Origin: Pseudomonadota bacterium | GTDB lineage: Bacteria > Pseudomonadota > Gammaproteobacteria > Burkholderiales > Burkholderiaceae_C | Length of the DNA stretch: 64,000 nt | Direction: 5' to 3' | Assembly (NCBI GenBank): GCA_029561195.1 | Contig: JAKQJK010000240.1 | Location: forward strand, 2,240 to 66,239 | Shown: positions 9,608-18,847 of the stretch, one piece after another | Layout: each line of letters starts with the position of its first letter | How positions within the stretch are numbered: position 1 is the stretch's first letter | The notes under the pieces: model-generated | The model's input: the letters and a program-made list of their open reading frames with translations, nothing else | What the model was told of the DNA's origin: nothing | Database searches by the model: none | Position numbers and translations under genes: made by a program

Positions 9608-10021
9608 TCAGCGGTAACCCACAAACATGATCCCGACATTCACGGCCAGTGCCAGCACCCAGATGATGGAACGGATGGTCGCCGAGTCTGCCACGTACAT
9701 CATGATGTAAACGAGACGCAGCACCACAAATACGAAGGCCAGTGCATCCAGCGGGCCCTGGGCCGCTCCCAGTTGGTGCGCCACGATAACGGCAGCCGCA
9801 AAGAAGGGAAAGGCCTCAAAACTGTTAGCCTGCGCGGCATTGGCACGTGCACGCCAATCAGTCTGGATGGCCAGCCAGGTGCGCGGATTGTGATTGTCGT
9901 ACCCCCCCTCGCGGCGGGGCTTGCCGAACATGCCAGCTTTGGCAATACCGGTGCATACAAAAGGCAACAGGGCGGCAATCAGCACACACCAGTAGGCCAT
10001 GGTGAAGTGGGAGTAGGTCAT
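9608..10021 (-). CDS. MAPEG family membrane protein
   Basis: 137 aa, 4 predicted TM helices, with NHNPR...ANSFEAFPFFAAAV typical of bacterial MAPEG proteins. Confidence 0.8.
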   Translation of the reverse strand: MTYSHFTMAYWCVLIAALLPFVCTGIAKAGMFGKPRREGGYDNHNPRTWLAIQTDWRARANAAQANSFEAFPFFAAAVIVAHQLGAAQGPLDALAFVFVVLRLVYIMMYVADSATIRSIIWVLALAVNVGIMFVGYR

Positions 10022-10030
10022 AGGAAATAA

Positions 10031-10621
10031 TTATCGGCGATCTACCAGTGCATGCGCGATAGTACCCAGATCAACATACTCCAGTTCGCTACCCACCGGC
10101 ACGCCACGCGCCAGCCGTGTGGTCTGCAAACCACGCGCTTTCAGTGCTTCACCGATCACATGCGCCGTAGCTTCGCCCTCAGCCGTGAAATTGGTAGCCA
10201 GAATCACCTCGCGCACGGTGCCGTCGCTTGCGCGGTCAAACAATTTTTTGAGGCCAATGTCATGAGGTCCGATGCCATCCAACGGACTGAGCTTGCCCAT
10301 CAGCACAAAATACAGCCCCTTGTAGGCACCAGTGCGCTCCACTGCCGACTGATCGGCCGGCGTTTCCACCACACAGAGCTTGGACGCATCACGACGTGGA
10401 TCTAGGCAGGTACTGCATAGATCGCCTTCAGTGAAGGTGTGACACCGCTCGCAATGCTTTACGCTGCCGACTGCATGCTGCAAAGCGCGTGACAACGTCT
10501 GTGCGCCTTCACGGTCATGCTGCATCAAATGAAAAGCCATGCGCGAGGCAGACTTCACGCCCACGCCCGGCAAACGGCGCAGGGCCTGAATAAGCCCTTC
10601 CAGGGAGTTGGAATCGGTCAC
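10031..10621 (-). CDS. recR: recombination protein RecR
   Basis: 196 aa; helix-hairpin-helix [14 protein letters not shown], zinc finger [16 protein letters not shown], Toprim region. Confidence 0.95.
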   Translation of the reverse strand: MTDSNSLEGLIQALRRLPGVGVKSASRMAFHLMQHDREGAQTLSRALQHAVGSVKHCERCHTFTEGDLCSTCLDPRRDASKLCVVETPADQSAVERTGAYKGLYFVLMGKLSPLDGIGPHDIGLKKLFDRASDGTVREVILATNFTAEGEATAHVIGEALKARGLQTTRLARGVPVGSELEYVDLGTIAHALVDRR

Positions 10622-10649
10622 GCCCGGATGCTGCCAGGGGAAAAGTGCA

Positions 10650-10982
10650 TCAGAACGGAAACTTCATGCCGCCTGGCAAGCCCGGCATGCCCGCGGTAAG
10701 TTTGCCCATCTTTTCCTGCGATGTTTCTTCAGCTTTGCGCACCGCTGCGTTGAAAGCGGCAGCCACCAGGTCTTCCAGCATGTCCTTGTCGTCGGCCAAC
10801 AGGCTGGGGTCGATAGTGACACGTCGCACATCGTGTTTGCAGGTCATCAGTACCTTGACCAAGCCGGCCCCGGACTCCCCGGTCACCTCGATATTGCCCA
10901 GCTCGTCCTGGGCTTTTTTCATGTTGTCCTGCATCGCCTGGGCCTGCTTCATCAGGCCGGCGAGTTGTCCTTTGTTGAACAT
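10650..10982 (-). CDS. ybaB: YbaB/EbfC nucleoid-associated protein
   Basis: The ORF track starts at 11072, but the family-typical start [28 protein letters not shown] is the ATG at 10982 (110 aa). Sits in the dnaX-ybaB-recR order. Confidence 0.9.
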   Translation of the reverse strand: MFNKGQLAGLMKQAQAMQDNMKKAQDELGNIEVTGESGAGLVKVLMTCKHDVRRVTIDPSLLADDKDMLEDLVAAAFNAAVRKAEETSQEKMGKLTAGMPGLPGGMKFPF

Positions 10983-11025
10983 GTTGTTTATCCTTGCGTT
11001 CGGTTTTGAATTTGCAATTGCGTGA

Positions 11026-12900
11026 TCAAACAGGTTTGATCGATCCAGGCACGATTTTCGCCCCAAAATCACGCATCATGGCCTGCACAAACGGGTCTTC
11101 GAAAATGATCCGCTCGGCGGCCAGCTGTTTCTCCGCGGCCAGTGCAGCGTTACGTCGACTGGGGCTATCGGTAACGCGGCCGATTTCAACTGCTAGTCCC
11201 ACTTCATGTCCAGCGGTCCGCAGAGCCTGTGACAACCTCTCGCGGCTGCCACTCTGGTTAAGTGACTCCCGCTCGACCCGCAACAACCATTGGTCAGTGT
11301 CGCGGGCCACCAGTTGCGACTGCAAAGCCAGTTCCCGAACCAGCGCGGTGATCACCTCCTCTGCAATGAGGTGCTGGACCGTGGTGTGCCAGAAATCACC
11401 CTCTTCGGTCGGTATCAGCGTCGTGGCGGCAGACTGGCCCGCTGCAGCTTCGGAACGCGAGTCCGCCTGCACCCGAACTGGAATTGCTACAGCTTTTGTG
11501 GCGTGTTGCGCATATTCAACGAGGGCTACAGCCTCTTTTTCTTCCAAGTTCGGCGGATCTTCATGTGTCGGCGCACCTGCGAGCCCTGCCACCACGTGCA
11601 GCACCTGCCCGGCGGGAGGGCCGCTGGCCCTATCGACAGGCATCGCAGCAGGCGTCGGTTGGACAAGCCTTTCTGGCATCATCGACCGCACGGTCACAGC
11701 GGGTGGCGGCGCTGCCGCAGCCGGAGTAACCGACACAGCCGCCACAATCGGCGGCCGGGTCTCAATCAGAGTTTTTTTTTCAGCCTTTGGCGCAGCAGCC
11801 GTTCCAGGTTTGAACGCCAGCAGCCGCAGCAACACCATGGTCAGTGCAGCATAGTCATCCGGCGCCAGCCCCAACTCGCCACGCCCGTGCAGACACAGGC
11901 TGTATAGCAATTGCGTTTCATCGGCGGGCATGGTTTCTGCCAGCCGCGCAATCTGGGTGGCTTCGGGATCAGTTTCGTCCACAGCGGCGGGTACCGCCTG
12001 CAGCACTGCCATGCGCTGCAGCACTGTACTCATTTCTTCCAGTGTGGACGCCGCGCTCAGGCCGTTCACGCGCAGCAGCTCCGAGGTTTCGACCACCGTC
12101 TTGCCGTCGCCCTGCGCCAGCGCCTCGATCAATTGAAACACGTAGGAGCGGTCCACGCTGCCCAGCATCTGGCGCACCGTGGCTTCTTCCAGCGCACCCG
12201 CGCCAAACGCTATGGCCTGATCGGTCAGCGACAGCGCATCGCGCATGGAGCCCCGCGCAGCACGGGCCAGCAGCCGCAACGACTGCGCGTCAGCGGCCAC
12301 CCCCTCGTCCGCGAGCACATGCACCAAGTGCTCGCGGATGGTCTCGGGCGCCATCGGGCGCAGGTTGAACTGTAAACAACGTGACAAAACTGTAACCGGC
12401 ACTTTTTGCGGATCGGTCGTGGCGAGCACGAATTTCAGATAATCTGGCGGCTCTTCCAGCGTCTTCAACATGGCGTTGAACGCCGTGTTGGTGAGCATGT
12501 GAACCTCGTCGATCATGAACACCTTGAAGCGCCCCTGGACCGGTTTGTAAACCGCCTGTTCCAGCAGGGCCTGGACTTCATCGACACCCCGGTTGGAGGC
12601 AGCATCCAGCTCGGTGTAATCCACAAAACGGCCCGAATCAATGTCCGTACACGCCTGACAGACGCCACACGGAGTGGCTGTGATGCCACCGTGCCCATCG
12701 GCGCCCAGACAGTTCAGCGATTTGGCGAGAATACGTGACACCGACGTTTTACCCACGCCCCGTGTGCCGGTGAACAGATAGGCGTGGTGCAACCGCTGCG
12801 ACGTCAGCGCGTTGGTAAGCGCACGAACCACATGTTCCTGCCCCACCATGCCGGCAAAATCCTTCGGGCGATATTTTCTGGCGAGCACAAGATATGACAT
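11026..12900 (-). CDS. dnaX: DNA polymerase III subunits tau/gamma
   Basis: 624 aa; Walker [10 protein letters not shown], zinc module CGVCQAC, Ala/Pro-rich linker, C-terminal tau domains. Confidence 0.95.
   Translation of the reverse strand: MSYLVLARKYRPKDFAGMVGQEHVVRALTNALTSQRLHHAYLFTGTRGVGKTSVSRILAKSLNCLGADGHGGITATPCGVCQACTDIDSGRFVDYTELDAASNRGVDEVQALLEQAVYKPVQGRFKVFMIDEVHMLTNTAFNAMLKTLEEPPDYLKFVLATTDPQKVPVTVLSRCLQFNLRPMAPETIREHLVHVLADEGVAADAQSLRLLARAARGSMRDALSLTDQAIAFGAGALEEATVRQMLGSVDRSYVFQLIEALAQGDGKTVVETSELLRVNGLSAASTLEEMSTVLQRMAVLQAVPAAVDETDPEATQIARLAETMPADETQLLYSLCLHGRGELGLAPDDYAALTMVLLRLLAFKPGTAAAPKAEKKTLIETRPPIVAAVSVTPAAAAPPPAVTVRSMMPERLVQPTPAAMPVDRASGPPAGQVLHVVAGLAGAPTHEDPPNLEEKEAVALVEYAQHATKAVAIPVRVQADSRSEAAAGQSAATTLIPTEEGDFWHTTVQHLIAEEVITALVRELALQSQLVARDTDQWLLRVERESLNQSGSRERLSQALRTAGHEVGLAVEIGRVTDSPSRRNAALAAEKQLAAERIIFEDPFVQAMMRDFGAKIVPGSIKPV
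11762..11781 (-). other. candidate programmed frameshift / transcriptional slippage site in dnaX (A9 run)
   Basis: Minus strand reads G AAA AAA AAC TCT GAT TGA (codons 374-377 = E K K T). The -1 frame gives AAC TCT GAT TGA (stop after 3 codons). The +1 frame gives CTC TGA (stop after 1 codon). Confidence 0.6.
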
Positions 12901-13012
12901 TGGGGGGATTCTAAGGTGCGGCCAATCCGGGTAGACTCAAAACCGCCGCGAGGCTGATTCCTTTGCTTTGGTGGCGGTTCATTCAATTTTGTTCACATCA
13001 CAGGAGATTGTC

Positions 13013-13351
13013 ATGGCTGGAAAGTTTGAGATCAGCAAGTCCAAGAACGGGAAGTTCATGTTCAACCTGAAAGCCGGCAACGGTCAGGTGATCCTGACCA
13101 GCGAGATGTATGAAACCAAGGCCAGCGCGGTCCAGGGGGTCGAATCCTGCAAGAAAAACGGTGCCATGGACGAACGCTTCGAAAAAGCCACCTCCAAATC
13201 CGGCCAGCCCTATTTCAACCTGAAGGCCTCCAACGGTCAGGTCATTGGGCGCAGCGAGATGTACGCCTCGGCCTCATCCATGGAAAACGGTATCGCCTCC
13301 GTCAAAACCAATGCGGCCAGCGCGAGTGTCAAAGACCTCACCGAAGGTTGA
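13013..13351 (+). CDS. YegP/DUF1508 family protein (two tandem repeats)
   Basis: MAGKFEISKSKNGKFMFNLKAGNGQVILTSEMYETKASA, repeated as GQPYFNLKASNGQVIGRSEMYASASS. AGGAG lies 7 nt upstream of the ATG at 13013; the ORF-track start at 12968 is less likely. Confidence 0.85.
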   Translation: MAGKFEISKSKNGKFMFNLKAGNGQVILTSEMYETKASAVQGVESCKKNGAMDERFEKATSKSGQPYFNLKASNGQVIGRSEMYASASSMENGIASVKTNAASASVKDLTEG

Positions 13352-13378
13352 ACACCAGGCCAAGCCTTACAATACCCA

Positions 13379-13476
13379 TTGACGGGCCTTCCCGCATGGT
13401 GAAGCGGCCAACCGGGTCAGGTGGGGAACCAAGCAGCCCTAACTGTGGAGCCAGTGCCGGGGTCAAGGCTCGTCAA
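13379..13476 (+). ncRNA. ffs: signal recognition particle RNA (small/4.5S type)
   Basis: Domain IV core GGGUCAGGUGGGGAACCAAGCAGCC matches the E. coli 4.5S GGUCAGGUCCGGAAGGAAGCAGCC (GGAA tetraloop, AGCA loop). Conserved CCCGCA and GUGCCGGG elements are present. The terminal stem ttgacgggcctt (13379-13390) pairs with aaggctcgtcaa (13465-13476). TACAAT lies 5 nt upstream of the predicted 5' end. Confidence 0.85.
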
Positions 13477-13487
13477 CCTATTCTTCA

Positions 13488-13511
13488 GAAAGCCGCCTAT
13501 GTGCGGCTTTC
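13488..13511 (+). terminator. hairpin downstream of ffs
   Basis: Perfect 9-bp stem gaaagccgc / gcggctttc with loop ctatgt. Only a short U tract follows. Confidence 0.5.
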
Positions 13512-13514
13512 GTC

Positions 13515-13964
13515 ATGGGGCATCTCACGGTGAAATATCTCAATGGCTGGCAACGGATCTGGCTGGTGTTCACCATCGCGCTGTCCCTGTGGTGCCTGCT
13601 GTACATGCCGGTCAAATCTTACGTGTACAGCGCGAGGGCCGATGCCGGGTATCGAAAAAACATTCAGGCGGATTTCGACAGCGGCAACTGCGATGCCTAC
13701 ATCAACGGGGCGCTGGCGCAATTAACCGAGCCCCCCTACTTCGAAGATGGCGGAACCTGCTGGTTTATTTTCAAAACGCGGACCACTTACAAAATCGAGA
13801 AAACACCCTTCACGAAGAATGATGCCGAAAACCATGAACTGTGGGAACGATTCAAGAGTATCGGTGGTGTTTTCTTCACAGGCCTGCTGATCCTGCTGGG
13901 ATGTTCCGGCCTGTTGTATCTGGTTGGTCTGGCAGTAGCCAGGATCCAAAAGGGCCGCGCTTAA
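13515..13964 (+). CDS. hypothetical membrane protein (2 TM)
   Basis: 149-aa ORF with hydrophobic segments IWLVFTIALSLWCLLY and VFFTGLLILLGCSGLLYLVGLAV. No recognisable family. Visibly AT-richer than its neighbours. Confidence 0.5.
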   Translation: MGHLTVKYLNGWQRIWLVFTIALSLWCLLYMPVKSYVYSARADAGYRKNIQADFDSGNCDAYINGALAQLTEPPYFEDGGTCWFIFKTRTTYKIEKTPFTKNDAENHELWERFKSIGGVFFTGLLILLGCSGLLYLVGLAVARIQKGRA

Positions 13965-14146
13965 CGCGTGAAGTGCCGCACAGCAAACACAACAGCAACA
14001 CCCAAAATCAGCCAAAGGGCAATCCTGGGTAACGTCACGCCATCCTGGGGCTTGGGTTTGACATGACTGCTGCTGACAGGCCCCAAACCCGAAGGGATGG
14101 TGTTGACTGGCCCGAGCATTGATGGGATCGTGGTGTTGTTATCCAT
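13961..14146 (-). CDS. hypothetical small protein with C-terminal TM segment
   Basis: 61-aa ORF ending IALWLILGVAVVFAVRHFTR. Overlaps the stop of 13515..13964 convergently by 4 nt. Weak support. Confidence 0.3.
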   Translation of the reverse strand: MDNNTTIPSMLGPVNTIPSGLGPVSSSHVKPKPQDGVTLPRIALWLILGVAVVFAVRHFTR

Positions 14147-14252
14147 GGTTGTTCTGCGTACACCTGACTATCTAAACCCCGATTATTTTGCCCCGGGTCT
14201 TTGCCCAGCTGCGGCAGATTCTAATGACTTCCTCGCAAATGTGCGTGCCACA

Positions 14253-15509
14253 TCAGCCACCAGCCTTCAAAAATTTCAGCACGCCCAGTCCAGCCTGTTT
14301 GCCGCTGGCCAAACAGGCTGTGAGCAGGTAGCCCCCGGTTGGCGCCTCCCAGTCCAGCATCTCGCCAGCGCAAAACACGCCCGGCAGCGCGCCCAGCATG
14401 AGTCCGCGGTCCATCGCCTCGAACGGCACGCCGCCGGCGCTGCTAATGGCTTCATCGATCGGGCGGGTAGCCACCAGCCGAATAGGCAGCGCCTTGATGG
14501 CCGCTGCCAGTTTGGGCGCATCCGCAACGTCGGCCCTGGAAAGCAATTCGTAAAGGATTGCCGCCTTGATGCCGTCAATACCGAGCCGGCTTTTCAGGTG
14601 GCTGGACAGCGAGCGTGATCCGCGGGGGTGGGTCACCTCCGACAGCACCCGCTCGGTCGAAAAATCGGGCAGCAGGTCCAGATAAAACGTAGCGTCGCCT
14701 TTCTTGGCGATGTCGTCGCGCAGCAGGCTCGAAGCCGCATAGATCAGGCTGCCTTCGACGCCGGTAGCCGTGGCAACGAATTCACCCCGGCGCTCGAACC
14801 GCTGGCCTTGCGCGTTCGTGAATTGAATGGCGACCAATTTAAAGGGCTGGCCCGCAAACCGGCTTGTGAAATGCTCACTCCAGCCACCCGCCACATCAAA
14901 GCCACAGTTGGACGGCAGCAGCGGCGCCACCGCTACGCCACGCTGTGCCAGCAGCGGCACCCAGGCGCCATCCGACCCAAGGCGCGCCCAGCTGCTGCCA
15001 CCTAATGCCAGCACCACGGCGTCGGCCTGGGCCGTGACCTTGCCGCCCGGCGTCTCAAACTTCAATTGCGTGCACGCTGCGCCGTCAGACTGCCAGCCCG
15101 TCCAGCGGTGCCGCATGTGAAAACACGCCGCCTGTCCAGTTTCGGGATAGCGCAGGCGATGCAGCCACGCGCGAAGCAAGGGCGCGGCCTTCATGTCCGT
15201 GGGGAACACGCGCCCCGACGTGCCAACAAAGGTGTCCACGCCCAGCGTCTTCGCCCAATCGCGAACCTGTGCAGCACCAAAGGTTGCCAGCAGGGACTCG
15301 ATCTGCCCGCGCCGGGCACCAAAACGGGTCACAAAAATGTCGGCAGGTTCGGAATGCGTCAGGTTCAACCCGCCCTTGCCAGCCAGCAAAAACTTACGAC
15401 CCACGGAGGGCATGGCGTCATACACATCGACGGACACACCAGCGCCGCAAAGCACATCAGCCGCCATCAAACCGGCGGGGCCACCGCCCACCACGATCAC
15501 TTTTTTCAT
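14253..15509 (-). CDS. NAD(P)/FAD-dependent flavoprotein (HI0933/BaiN-like)
   Basis: 418 aa; dinucleotide-binding motif KKVIVVGGGPAGLMAA and the C-terminal GVFCAGEMLDWEAPTGGYLL typical of this family. Confidence 0.8.
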   Translation of the reverse strand: MKKVIVVGGGPAGLMAADVLCGAGVSVDVYDAMPSVGRKFLLAGKGGLNLTHSEPADIFVTRFGARRGQIESLLATFGAAQVRDWAKTLGVDTFVGTSGRVFPTDMKAAPLLRAWLHRLRYPETGQAACFHMRHRWTGWQSDGAACTQLKFETPGGKVTAQADAVVLALGGSSWARLGSDGAWVPLLAQRGVAVAPLLPSNCGFDVAGGWSEHFTSRFAGQPFKLVAIQFTNAQGQRFERRGEFVATATGVEGSLIYAASSLLRDDIAKKGDATFYLDLLPDFSTERVLSEVTHPRGSRSLSSHLKSRLGIDGIKAAILYELLSRADVADAPKLAAAIKALPIRLVATRPIDEAISSAGGVPFEAMDRGLMLGALPGVFCAGEMLDWEAPTGGYLLTACLASGKQAGLGVLKFLKAGG

Positions 15510-15544
15510 TTTTTTCCTGAACTGATATTTCTATTACTTGTTTG

Positions 15545-18500
15545 TCACGCGGGCAGTTCAACCAGCTCCCCATGCCCCGTCAGGAACGCGGCTTTTACAG
15601 TGGCATCCGGGTTGATGGCCTGCACCGCATTGCGGTAGTTTTGCAGTTGCGCCACCAGCTCCGGCTCGGCTTGTGGGGCATGGGCCGATTTGTAGTCCAG
15701 CACCCACCAGTCCAGCGTGTCCTTGCGTTGCACCAAGCGGTCCAGTCGCAGCGGCTCACCCTGGTACATCAATTCAACTTCATTCTCCTGCCAGCCGACA
15801 ACGGCATGGTCCCACACCCAGGCGCCCGCACCATGGAGCATACGCTGCGCCAGTGACAGGGCCTGCGCGCTCTGCGAGGGCGACAGCTGAAACTCGAGGG
15901 CCGCCGCCGATGCGTTGGCGTCAGACGCATCGCCCCACTCCAGCAAACGGTGCATGGCCTGGCCGATGCGGGAAACAACCGGGTTGTCTTCAGCGCGGTG
16001 AATTTCCGCTTCTGTTTGGATAGCGACCTGCGCAGATTTGAATGGGGCTGGCGGCAGTTCCTTGATGTAAAAAGTGACTCGTCCGGTTAATGGCTGCGCT
16101 AAAACATGCTGCGCCGCATCAGGCAGGTTCGTTACCTCAGGCATCAGATCACTCAGCCGCTGCCACCAGCTGCGTTGTGCGTCGCGATACGGCTCGATGG
16201 ATGACAGGACCAGCGTGTGCCGGGCTCGCGTGAGCGCCACATACAGCGCATTGAGCTCTTCGCGCCCACGCTCGGCCCGCTCGGCCTCCAGCGTCGCCAC
16301 GGCGCAGGCCGGTGGCTGGCTCTCGCTGGCAAGAAACACAAACTTGGCCGGGAATGCAGCCTCGCCTGGCCAGTCCACGAGTACCCCCATGGTCTCGGCG
16401 TTGCGCTCGGGTGTGTCGGTGTCCAGCAGCAGCACGGCCTGCGCTTCCAGCCCCTTGGCACCGTGGATGGTGAGCAGGCGCACCGCCTTCGGGTTGACCG
16501 CCGCGGGTGCGACAACACCACCCGCCTTGAGCGCCCTGACAAAAGCATAGGGCGTGGCAAAACGGCCGCCACCCATTTGCAGCGACATGCCCAACAGCGA
16601 CTGCAGGTTGGCCAGCACGGTGTCGCGCTGCGTGGCGGGCGCTGCCACTGCAAAGTGGGCCAGCACGTCACCGTCGGCATAAATGGCCTGCAGCGCATCA
16701 TGGGGCGGCAATTGGTCCAGCCATGCCTTCCATCGAATCAAAATGGCACCTAGCCCCTTCAAGCTATACGTGAGAAGCTCCGTTTTTTGTAGCAAATCAA
16801 ACCACGATGCATTGATCTCGCGGCGCAACAAGGCCAGTTCCACCAGCGATTCATCCGGCAAGCCAAACAACGGCGACTTCAGCGCACGGGCCAGCGACAG
16901 GTCGTGCTGCGGCGACACCAGCACGTCCAGCAGCGCCACCACGTCCAGCACCTCGCAGCTGGCGATCAGCTCGGTTTTCTCGCCAATCTGGGCAGGAATA
17001 CCCAAGGCGCGCAACTCATCCTGCAGGGGCAGCAGCCCGGCCCGCTTTCGCGACAACACCATGATTTCCTGCGGAGGCAGCCCGACAGCTACTTGCCCGG
17101 CTATCCAGCGCGCGGCCTGGCGCGCTTCCAGGGTGCGCACAGTGTCTTCAACCGTCTCGCGCGGCGTGGTGAGGCTGTCGCGCCAGACGGCGTCTTCGGC
17201 AGTGGTGGGATCCGGGGGCGTATTTCCGGATACCCTGGATATCCGATGTATAGGCGGCAATTTACCTACCGAACCGGCCTCGGTCGAACTGGTGGTGTGT
17301 TTACGAAACCCTTCGTAATGATCTTGCTCACGTGCCACTGCCATAGCGGCGTTGACGGTTGTCATCACCTGACGGGCGTTGCGCCGCGTGTGGTCGCAAC
17401 TGAGCAGGTCACCCCCCAGCCCTTCGCGCACAAACGCCTGCGCCGCGCGAAACACCTGCGGCTCGGCCCTGCGAAACCGGTAGATGCTCTGCTTGGGGTC
17501 GCCTACGATGAACACGCTGGGCGACTGCGCTCCGCCGCCACTTCCCGCGTAGCTGCTGAGCCATGACAGCAGCGCCTGCCATTGCAGCGGGTTGGTGTCC
17601 TGGAACTCGTCGATCAGCAGGTGCCTGATGCGGGCATCAAGGCGTTGCTGCACCCAGCCCGAGAGCACGGGGTCCCCCAGCATCACCAGCGCGGCGCGCT
17701 CCACATCATTCATGTCCACCCAGCCGCGCTCGCGCTTGAGGGCAGCAAACTCGGCAATCAGCACCCGGGTGAGGCGCGCCATACGCTGCTGGTAAAGCCA
17801 GGCGTCGTGCTGGTGGCGGGCGGCAACGACCCGTAGAACGAGGTCTTGTGCCATACGCACCTGCTCGATCCCGACAATCTTTTGACCGAACTTGCGGGGG
17901 GTTCCTTTTTGTGTGAGCAGCGCGTCGAACGCTGCAGACATGTCGCCCACTGTCAATGCCTGTTCCAGCGCAACGCCCGCAGCCGAGAACGATGGCGCAC
18001 TGGCGCGACCCAGAACCACGGCCGCATCACGGAGCACCTGCAGACGTGAACGATTCGCTGTCAACCACGCTTCAGGGGTTTCGAGCCCGCCGAATTCCGT
18101 GAATTGCGCAGTGAAATGCTGCACCGAACCATCCACCACACCCCGCGCATCGGCCAGCGCAAATTCCACGCGTTTGTCCAGCGCCGTTTCCAGCGCGTTC
18201 AGCGTCTGGGCACGTCCGTAATCGAACACCACTGATTCAAAGTCAGTCTTGCGCGGCGCATCGGCTGCCAGCGCCGCATAAAAACGCCGCCACACTAGCG
18301 TCTTGGCCGGCGCGTCGTCTTCCAGCAACTCGTAATTCAGCGGCAGCTCCAGCTGCTGCAACACCGCCAGCGGCGCGCTGCGCAGCAACGCAGCGAACCA
18401 GCTGTGAAAGGTGCGAATCTGCACCTGCCGCCCGGTAGCCAGCACGCTTTGATACAAATTGGATAGCTGCTCAGGCATATCGGGCGAGGCTTGAATGCCT

Positions 18501-18847
18501 TTCTTTATATGTACACCACGAATGTTCAGCTCTTTTTGCAGCGTGGCGCGATCGGCCACCGCAAACGCCTCCAGCCACTGGTACAGGCGCTCGCGCATCT
18601 CGCTGGCCGCACGCTTTGTGAAGGTGATGGCCAGAATCTCATGTGGCTGCACCTGCAAATGGCCATCGGTTGTATCCACACCGTCCAGCAGCGCACGGAT
18701 GATGCGTGAGACCAGCATCCAGGTTTTGCCAGCTCCTGCGCAGGCCTCCACGGCTACACTTCGGAGAGGGTTGCAGGCAATGGCATAAAAAGCATCCGCG
18801 GAGATGGGATTGCCGTTGTACTGGTAGGCGGGTTGTTGTTCGCTCAT
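15545..18847 (-). CDS. addA: UvrD-type helicase with C-terminal PD-(D/E)XK nuclease, AddA-like
   Basis: Walker A ACAGAGKTW, helicase motifs (LLIDEFQDTNPLQW, IVGDPKQSIYRFRRA, TIHGAKGLE, YVALTRAR), C-terminal nuclease (VLDYK). The likely start [10 protein letters not shown] at 18847 forms an ATGA overlap with the addB stop; the ORF track starts at 18910. Confidence 0.85.
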   Translation of the reverse strand: MSEQQPAYQYNGNPISADAFYAIACNPLRSVAVEACAGAGKTWMLVSRIIRALLDGVDTTDGHLQVQPHEILAITFTKRAASEMRERLYQWLEAFAVADRATLQKELNIRGVHIKKGIQASPDMPEQLSNLYQSVLATGRQVQIRTFHSWFAALLRSAPLAVLQQLELPLNYELLEDDAPAKTLVWRRFYAALAADAPRKTDFESVVFDYGRAQTLNALETALDKRVEFALADARGVVDGSVQHFTAQFTEFGGLETPEAWLTANRSRLQVLRDAAVVLGRASAPSFSAAGVALEQALTVGDMSAAFDALLTQKGTPRKFGQKIVGIEQVRMAQDLVLRVVAARHQHDAWLYQQRMARLTRVLIAEFAALKRERGWVDMNDVERAALVMLGDPVLSGWVQQRLDARIRHLLIDEFQDTNPLQWQALLSWLSSYAGSGGGAQSPSVFIVGDPKQSIYRFRRAEPQVFRAAQAFVREGLGGDLLSCDHTRRNARQVMTTVNAAMAVAREQDHYEGFRKHTTSSTEAGSVGKLPPIHRISRVSGNTPPDPTTAEDAVWRDSLTTPRETVEDTVRTLEARQAARWIAGQVAVGLPPQEIMVLSRKRAGLLPLQDELRALGIPAQIGEKTELIASCEVLDVVALLDVLVSPQHDLSLARALKSPLFGLPDESLVELALLRREINASWFDLLQKTELLTYSLKGLGAILIRWKAWLDQLPPHDALQAIYADGDVLAHFAVAAPATQRDTVLANLQSLLGMSLQMGGGRFATPYAFVRALKAGGVVAPAAVNPKAVRLLTIHGAKGLEAQAVLLLDTDTPERNAETMGVLVDWPGEAAFPAKFVFLASESQPPACAVATLEAERAERGREELNALYVALTRARHTLVLSSIEPYRDAQRSWWQRLSDLMPEVTNLPDAAQHVLAQPLTGRVTFYIKELPPAPFKSAQVAIQTEAEIHRAEDNPVVSRIGQAMHRLLEWGDASDANASAAALEFQLSPSQSAQALSLAQRMLHGAGAWVWDHAVVGWQENEVELMYQGEPLRLDRLVQRKDTLDWWVLDYKSAHAPQAEPELVAQLQNYRNAVQAINPDATVKAAFLTGHGELVELPA

